64,000 nt of DNA from Octopus vulgaris. Taxonomy: Eukaryota. How positions within the stretch are numbered: the stretch's first letter is position 1; each line of letters starts with the position of its first letter. Below, piece by piece: positions 55,288 to 64,000 of the stretch. Location: assembly GCA_951406725.2 (NCBI GenBank), contig OX597827.1:36704001-36768000 (forward strand), in the 5' to 3' direction. The position numbers were made by a program, and so were the translations under genes. A model generated the notes under the pieces. The model worked only from the letters and a program-made list of their open reading frames with translations. It made no database searches and had not been told where the DNA came from.

Positions 55288-56268
55288 GTTAATATCTTTA
55301 AGTTATTACACCTGGACAAGTACAGAACAAGATTTCTACAGTAGAATTTGTTTAATTCATCACCTGTAAAGGAAACTAAAAAGTACTTAAAATTAAAATC
55401 CTACTGTACTTAAAATATTGCCGCTAAGAATAACATTTTAAAATTAAATCTTTAAAAGCATGGTACAAAAATAATCAAAAATAATTTTAAACAAAAACGA
55501 TTTTAAAAATCATGTCTTTTGAAATATACAATTAAAATAGTCACTTTATTTTGTTGTTTCAAATACAAACAATAAAACATGAAGTTGTAAATAATATTGC
55601 ACAAGATTTTTTTTCACTTGAATTGAAATCCCATTAGAAAAAAAATTAATTGCTGTAGAATGGTCATTAAATGGTTTCAAATCAACCATATGCTCAGTCA
55701 ATTTTTCCACATTGAAAAAATAAATTAATCTGATAAATTAATCATAAGTAAAATTTATTAGTTATACAGTAGAATTCTGACTAATTCATTACTTCACTTC
55801 ACTTAATTTGTCACTTTCAATTTTCTCTTAAGGATGACTAATTAGGTGAATTCTACTGTAGTTTTTTAAAATTAATTCTGTTTTATTTCATTTTTAAAAT
55901 TCTGCTTTTTTTCAAAACAAACTCATAGGCTTAAAAACAGACCCAAATAATTTTGCTTGAAATTTTTTTTTTCTGAAAATAATAAAAATTACTGGACTAT
56001 ACATGAAAAGGGTTTCTGAATATAAGCCAATAAGCTTAAAATCAGATGGGCTTATTTTTGGAAAAACCCAGTAATATTTTTATAATTTTTGTTTTAATAA
56101 AATATAGTAAATTTTTAAAATGTTATTCTAGGCTGCAATATTTTAAGTACAGTAGAATTTTAATTTTAAGTACTTTTTAGTTTACTTTAGAGGTGACTAA
56201 TTAGGCAAATTCTAATGCAGAAATCTTATTCTGTACTTTTCCAGGTGTAATAATTTAAGAATATTAAC
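55288..56268. mobile_element. Foldback/MITE-like element with about 155-bp imperfect TIRs
   Basis: 55288-55446 is approximately the reverse complement of 56110-56268; internal tacagtagaatt sub-repeats at about 55765-55860. Confidence 0.8.
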
Positions 56269-56399
56269 TTGAGAATATAACAGTGCAGCATGAAAAAATG
56301 TCTGTTTACCTGTTTAACTATACGATAAAACGTTTTTATTGTTTCTATAATATCTTAACAGTACCCACATACCTAGTTTCAGCTGTCTTCCTGTTCCAC

Positions 56400-56960
56400 C
56401 TTCCCAAATAAACAGAATCGAATTCACTTTTACTTAGTCTTGATGTAGTAAGCCTTTACACCAATATTCCACATGATTTAGGAATAAAGGCGATTAAATA
56501 CTGGGTGGAAAACCATTGAGAAGCGATCCTCATTAGATTCACCATGCCATTTATATTAGACACAGTCATACTTATCCTTGAAAATAACACATTCTTTCTT
56601 AATGGAAAAAATTACATGCAAGTTAGAGGCACAGCAATGAGAACGAGATTTGTTCCCATTTGTGCGAACTCCGTAATGGAATACTGAGAAAAACAATTCT
56701 ATCAATGAGTACAGGAAAACTAGAGCTCTGAATTTAGAAGGTATATTTAAGATGCATGGAAGAGATACCTTGATGACTGCTTCATAATCTGGACAAAATC
56801 TCTAGAAACTCTGGAAGAATTTAATATCCTCCTGAACAATCTGCACCCAACTCTCCAATTAATAAAAGAAATAAGTAGTACCAAATTACCATTTCTAGAC
56901 ATAATGGAAATTAAAAGTGACAACACCACCACGACCACCACTGATATGTACTATAAACCA
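56400..56960 (+). pseudogene. PLE reverse transcriptase core fragment
   Basis: SLDVVSLYTNIPH, ILENNTF..NGKNYMQVRGTAM, WKRYLDDCFIIW, LNNLHP, LPFLDI, TDMYYKP; several stops. Confidence 0.9.
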
Positions 56961-58105
56961 ACATGCAGGAGATTTGATCAAAAATTTTCAATCGAATCTC
57001 CTGCAAGTCAAAATGGGATCCCTTGACAACAATGTAAACTTTTGCCCAATGAGTTGCCAGCAGATTACGCTTCTTTTGGGCAATTACTACATCCAAGGTT
57101 CTGCTAGCTATGAAACATATGTAGCCTGGATTTTATCTACTCTATTCTCTAATTTGGGATTTTTATTCGCATATAGAGCAACCCCAGCTACTAACTACGA
57201 ACTATAAAATAACTTTTTTCAGTTTATCAAACTTTGATACAGGGAAAATTTACAACCTTCTATGTCAATAAACGACTATTGTTCTTGAAAGTTGTTTTTT
57301 TCACACCTTCTATGGATGGCTCAAAGCTTACTGACTTCCTATACCTTGTTCCTGGGATCTTACCTTTACACACACACATATATATTCTTTGTTTAATTGT
57401 TTCAGTCATTTGACTGTGGCCATGCTGGAGCACCGCCTTTAAGTCGAGCAAATTGACCCCCGGACTTATTCTTTGTAAGCCTATCAGTCTCTTTTGCCAA
57501 ACAGCTAAGTTACGAGGATGTAAACACACCAGCATCAGTTGTCAAGCGATGTTGGGTGGACAAACACAGACACACAAACATATGCACCCCCCACACATAT
57601 ATATATACATATATACAGCAGGCTTCTTTCAGTTTCCGTCTACCAAATCCACTCACAAGGCTTTGGTCAGCCTGAGGCTATAGTAGAAGACACTTGTCCA
57701 AGGTGCTACACAGTGGGACTGAACCCAGAACCATGTGGTTGGTAAGCAAGCTTCTTACCACACAGCCACTCCTGCGAAGGAGTGGCTGCGTGGTAAGAAG
57801 CTTGCTTACCAACCACATAGTTCTATATATCTATGTGTGTGTGTGTCTTTGTGTCTGTTTTTGACCCCACATTACCACTTGACAACTGGCTTGGTGAGTT
57901 CATGTCCCTGTAATTTAGAGGTTCAGCAAAAGAGGCTGATAAAATAAGTACCAGGCTTAAAAAATAAGTACTGGGGTCGATTCATTCAACAAAAATTCAA
58001 GGTGGTGCCCCAGCATAGCCACAGTCTAATGACTGAAACAAAGGATAAAAGCTACATACATACATATACACACACACACACATTCATGCATACATACATA
58101 CATAC

Positions 58106-58140
<35 letters not shown>

Positions 58141-60016
58141 CATACATACATACATATATAATTTCAACAGCATATATAACAATGACCAACATGGGTTGGA
58201 TGGTCTTACAGCGTCTGTTAGATCGAAGGACTGCATTATGCTCCAGTATCAGCTTTGGCATGGTCTCTACAGCTGGATGCCCTTTCTTATGTCAACCACT
58301 TTACAGAGTGTACTGGGTGCCTCCAACACTATTAAGATTTCCATGCAACTCACGAGATACAAAACCCAAGGAAGGCAAGACTGGCATTTAGCTAAGGGTC
58401 ATAGGGTTAAAGTATGAAAAAATGTGTGTGGGCAGAGCAGCTTCTTGTAGAGATGCTTAGAATATCAGATATTTAATTAAATTTAACACCTCAAAACTTC
58501 TTTTATTACAGTGTGTTTGTGCTAAATAATTAGGATATTCAAAAACACTACTCTGTATTCCTTGGGTTGAAAAAATACACACACACACACTCACACATAC
58601 ACATAGACACGTGCGCACATGCATGCACACACATACACACATATATTCCCATATATATATACATGCACATATACATATATATACACACATATATATATAT
58701 ATACATACATATAGGTGCAAGAGTGGCTGTGTAGTAAGAAGCTTACTTCCCAACCACATGGTTCTGGGTTCAGTCTTACTGTGTTGTACCTTGGTGTCTT
58801 CTACTATAGCCTTGGGCTGACCAAAGCCTTCTGAATGAATATTCATCTTGATTCATGGACAATGACTTATGACTATTGTTGTTGTTGTTTAACCCCATGA
58901 TCTGTGCTGTTTTAAGGCATAGACACACTGGGCAGTGACTCTGGGTCACATGTGTGTCAGGACCCAGTGTTAATCTTCGTCTGCTGTGGCTATGTATGCA
59001 GGGAGACCAGTGTCCTGTCTAAGGCTACTGTTATACTGTATGCTGAAGTGCACAGTAATGTTTTCTACTGGGTATGCAGGAACATTGATGTATTTGGATG
59101 TGAAAAAATGATCAATGGATCTATGAATCATCCCTGGTCATTAAGTGATTGTTTATGGGACAACAAAACGACCTCAAACTGTTAGAAATTGTAGCAAAAT
59201 TCCCCTCAACATATTCCCCTGTGTCTTAAAACTGGAAAGGTAACATTGTAGTTTTAGACACCCTCAAAAATAATGTGATGGCCACTTCTGGAAATGGCTC
59301 TGTTGGTGGTCCTTGCAAGTCTCCCAAGATTAGAAAAATCAACTGGCTTGATATTCTTTTTGAATATCTGCAAGTTGATAGTTGCAGGATAACACAGAAA
59401 GGTTGGAATTTCCAGGCTGGAGTGAGATATCTTTCAGTTGACAAGCTTAAGGAAAAGAGGCCAGTTTGGTTTTTAAGAACTGGCCTGGGCTAAAACAGCA
59501 ACAATCATAACAACAATTAATTAAGTGGCACAGCCCTGGGTTTACCCTGACCTATGACAAAAACAACAACAGCAACAACTATATGTTATAAGGTCTGCCA
59601 GATGAGGGTTCACTGGGGCTACATGACAAGTACAACAACAACAACAATTTTGTTACTGATGAGTAGCTGGATAAGAGGTCAATTTTACAAGTTATTCATC
59701 AATTGGTTATTGATTTAGGGAAGAATCAATACTATGGTATGCTTTTAGATATGTGTAGAGGGAGATGGCATGGGGAAGGGATTGTTTAGACTGAGGTGGA
59801 AGATATAAAGATGTGATTAGGGAGGAGAAGGTAAAGTTATATGAATATAGGGAAGAAATAGATGAAAGAAATTGATTGACTGGATAGAATAATAGGGAGG
59901 TAGGTAGGTAGGCAGACAGATCAATAGATAGGCAGAAAGATAGATAAACAGAGAAGAGGATTGATAAATAAGTAGCTACACACATAGAAAGATTGCTAAT
60001 TATTTCTTTTTCCTTC

Positions 60017-60065
<49 letters not shown>

Positions 60066-60513
60066 AATGTGTGACAGTCTGTTTGTCTGTGTGTCTGTAT
60101 GTGTGCATCGCTAAAACTTGAGAACAACTCAACGGATTTAATTAAAATTTTACACATGCCTTACTTAGGATCCATGCAGTGTCATGGGCCCAAAAACAAT
60201 TTTCAACTTCTTGCTTAATGTGAGCCCAAAGCAATCTCTTATCTCTTACACTATTTCAGTATTATGTGTCAAAAGTGAAACAATAACATCTCTCTTGTAG
60301 TGTGAGATAATACTTTCAGTTTTAATAGTTTCACTATTAATACTTTTAGTTTTAATATTTTTGCTATCAATACTTTCTCGTGCAGCCATCTGGTTCGCCA
60401 GTCCTCAGTCAAATCGTCCAACCCATGTTAGCATGGAAAGAGGACTTTAAATGATGATGATGATGATCATCATCATCGTTTAGAGTTTCACCATGTATTT
60501 ATATACATGTTTG

Positions 60514-60567
<54 letters not shown>

Positions 60568-60574
60568 CATATAT

Positions 60575-60617
<43 letters not shown>

Positions 60618-60624
60618 CATATAT

Positions 60625-60655
<31 letters not shown>

Positions 60656-60667
60656 ACATACATATAT

Positions 60668-60708
<41 letters not shown>

Positions 60709-60711
<3 letters not shown>

Positions 60712-60902
60712 CAATATGTTATATTACTCGGTAGTCAAGATATCTCTTCGGTTATCTGGCTATTTGAAAACGTTATGAAAAAATATTTTTCATAACGTTT
60801 TCAAATAGCCAGATAACCGAAGAGATGGTGTTGTGGATTTCCACTTCGGCATCTGAAACTCAGAGTTTTATCTTGACTACCGAGTAATGTAACATATTGT
60901 AT
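60709..60902. repeat. Hairpin: 41-bp inner arms with 3-nt loop plus 34-bp outer arms
   Basis: 60742-60782 pairs with 60786-60826, and 60709-60742 with 60869-60902. Confidence 0.95.
60812..60872 (+). ncRNA. Type I hammerhead, CCGAAGA variant
   Basis: GATAA CCGAAGA GATG-22 nt-CATC t GAAA CTCAGAG TT TTATC. Confidence 0.65.
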
Positions 60903-61007
60903 AGATAAATTTCCTCTATTTACATAATATTGAGGTCTCTTTCTTTCTTTTGTTATCTTACCGTTTTATCAATATATATATATATATGTATATAAACATA
61001 CATATAT

Positions 61008-61066
<59 letters not shown>

Positions 61067-61299
61067 CATACATATATATACATGTATATATATATACATA
61101 TACACACACACATATATATGTATATATATATATATAGATATATGTATATATATATATATATATTTATGCATGTATATGTATACACATACATATAGACCAA
61201 AGTAAGCACATAAATGAGAAACAAGGTGGAAAATTAGTACGCGAATACCAGAGGTAGAGTAATATGCTTTATTAAAAAGCACCAAAATTATCACAGAAG

Positions 61300-61337
61300 C
61301 TGTTACTCAGAGCTTCCTATTCCCGTTCATCGGACAG
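61300..61337 (-). ncRNA. Degenerate hammerhead, homologue of 12248-12285, at a PLE 3' end (from about 61195)
   Basis: CTGT CCGATGA acgggaatag GAAG CTCTGAG TA ACAG; shares the flank ...tagaatggaac. Confidence 0.55.
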
Positions 61338-61779
61338 TTTTGTTTAGAATGGAACAAAAATAAGGTTACATGCATAAATATACAATTAGTTTGATAGATA
61401 CGCATTTGAAAATGGTTTTGTTTCATTGATCCTTTCAACTAATGGTATTTTCAATAACTGGTTGCATGCAATAACAAATTGTGGTTTAAAATCATATTCT
61501 TATAAAAATCGAAGAAGACTTTAAATCAAAAATAGCTTACAAAGAAGGAAAAGGCCTGAACACCCAGGGTAAATAATAAGCTGTAAAATATAAATAAATT
61601 AATAAATTAAAAGATGTACCCGTTTAAAACTTTTTTCACGCTAGATTACTTATACATTTAGCAGTATATACACATACCAAGCAATCTGTAATATACACAT
61701 GTACACTAAACATGCAAATGCAGATACATCGCTACATACATATACAGACATATATAGGGAAGACATAAATATATACAAA

Positions 61780-61868
<89 letters not shown>

Positions 61869-61943
61869 GTATATATATATATGTATATGTATATGTATAT
61901 ATATATATGTATATGTATATATATATGTATATATATGTATATA

Positions 61944-62037
<94 letters not shown>

Positions 62038-62849
62038 CACACATGCACGTGTACAAAATCTCCTGGTGTATGCTTATACGAGTTAGTTGTTACAGGCGAA
62101 AGAAAGAAAAACAGAAAATTAGAGAAAGAAATGGAAAAAATAGATTGTGGTAGAGAGTGTGAATTGATGGCATTCGAAAAGTATCTAAAGAAGGTTAGAT
62201 ACTTCGATTAGCTTGTGAAACGAACACATAAAAACACACACATAAAATTACATGTATATCTACATAAATACAAACATACATACAAAAACACACGCATATA
62301 GATACATATACAAATATGCAAAAAATATGTACGTATTTTTGTACATGGTACAAAATGTACCATGTACATGGTCATATTACTCTTTTTACTCTTTTTACTT
62401 GTTTCAGTCATTTGACTGTGGCCATGCTGGAGCACCGCCTTTAATCGAGCAACTCGACCCCGGGACTTATTCTTTTGTAAGCCCAGTACTTATTCTATCG
62501 GTCTCTTTTGCCGAACCGCTAAGTGACGGGGACATAAACACACCAGCATCGGTTGTCAAGCAATGCTAGGGGACAAACACAGACACACATGCATATATAT
62601 ATATATATATACATATATACGACGGTCTTCTTTCAGTTTCTGTCTACCAAATCCACTCACAAGGCTTTGGTCGGCCCGGGGCTATAGCAGAAGACACTTG
62701 CCCAAGGTGCCACGCAGTGGGACTGAACCCGGAACCATGCGGTTGGTAGACAAGCTACTTACCACACAGCCACTCCTGCGCATATGTATAAAATTATGTA
62801 CAATTATGTAAAGTATGTACATGGTCACATATATAAAATTATATACTTC

Positions 62850-63240
62850 TGAACCTTTCCTATAGAGTGAAGATGCTTCTCTATAGCAGTGTGGGAGCAT
62901 TCCATTTTCTCTGCAAGTTCCCTGGTCGTTTGGCAAGAATTTTTGTGCAAAAGTTGGTTTAATCGCTCTTCAACAAACTCAACTGGACGGCCAGAGTGAG
63001 GTGCGTCTTTTAGTCAAAATTTCCATTTTTGAACTTGGCATACCAATCACAAGCAGTTCTTTAGTCATAGCACCCTCTCCATACACAGCACAAATGTCGC
63101 GAGCAGCTTTTGCAACCTTAGAACCTTGATTAAAAGTAAAAAGCAGGAGGTGTCGAAAATGCTCATTTTTCTTAACTTGACATTCCATTTTAATGATCTG
63201 AAAATAAAAAAAAATTAATTAAAATTAACTAGAAATGAAA
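62850..63240 (-). mobile_element. Mariner 5' remnant
   Basis: MECQVKKNEHFRHLLLFTFNQGSKVAKAARDICAVYGEG. Confidence 0.85.
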
Positions 63241-63248
63241 AAACAAAA

Positions 63249-63771
63249 TATTGGGTTGTCCAGAAAGTTCGTGCCGATTTATAGTAACTTACCTTTCAAC
63301 TTATTTTAGAACATGGTTGAGTCCATAAAATAGGATATGACTATATCCTATAAAATAGGATATGACTTTTTGTGAAAGAAGGTTTATGTTCCTATAACCT
63401 GTGTTAATTCTGTAACCCTTTAAAATGGAAGATAAGAAAGTTCATTTTCGGTACTTGATGCTTTGGGAACCAGACAAAAATTGCTGCAGCTCAGCTGGGA
63501 TGTGTTACCCCACCCTCCATATTCACCAGATATTGCTCCTTCAGATTTCCACTTATTCAGGTCTCTGCAGAATAGTCTTAATTGTAAAAATTTCAATTCC
63601 TTGGATGATGTAAAAAGATACCTTGATGAATTCTTTTCCATGAAACCACCTCAATTCTGGGAAGAGGGTATTTTCAAGTTAAAGGAAAGATGGAGATGCA
63701 TTGTTGCAACAAAATGGTTTATATTTGGTTGATTAAAAATGTAATGGCAAGTATTTATTGACAAACCAATA
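63249..63771 (+). mobile_element. Internally deleted mariner
   Basis: TIR tattgggttgtcc...gacaaaccaata; WDVLPHPPYSPDIAPSDFHLFRSLQNSL. Confidence 0.9.
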
Positions 63772-64000
63772 CTTCATGTCTCACTTCCATGCAGTGCTAC
63801 ATTTCATATACAAGTATCATACACTCTACCCTTCACTCTTAGGGAGAAACTTTTTATTGTGGGTAATGGTACTTGCTTTCTGAACTTTACCCCATTCATT
63901 CTTTCTGTTTTAACTATGCTTTCAGAACATTCACCCAACCCACTACTAATTAGACCACCTGGGCAACAGAAACTATTAACTACTTCTAGAGAGTCACTTG

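Noticed and set aside
56400-56960. Selenocysteine read-through of TGA codons, as in Naiad PLEs
   Set aside because: TAG and TAA stops are also present, the TGAs are not at evident Cys positions, and no SECIS is seen.

Overview
AT-rich, microsatellite-dense eukaryotic DNA with no intact cellular gene, rRNA, tRNA or CRISPR array that I can support. The tRNA-head and RTE-tail SINEs resemble those of octopus genomes, so this is probably coleoid intronic or intergenic sequence (inference). It is a mosaic of transposon remnants: mariners (one full length), a Buster-type hAT, piggyBacs, Helitrons, an R4/Dong-like RLE LINE, an RTE fragment, a Gypsy protease relic, many SINEs and numerous Penelope-like element (PLE) fragments. 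The main signal is about a dozen type I hammerhead ribozyme (HHR) motifs from roughly ten sequence families, most with a self-complementary stem III. They lie at PLE-type 3' ends, mostly next to (TA)n tracts. At six loci these ends form fold-back inverted repeats with the two copies reading outward. A weak, phase-consistent 7-exon minus-strand gene model is reported as speculative only. All motifs and coordinates were read by eye.
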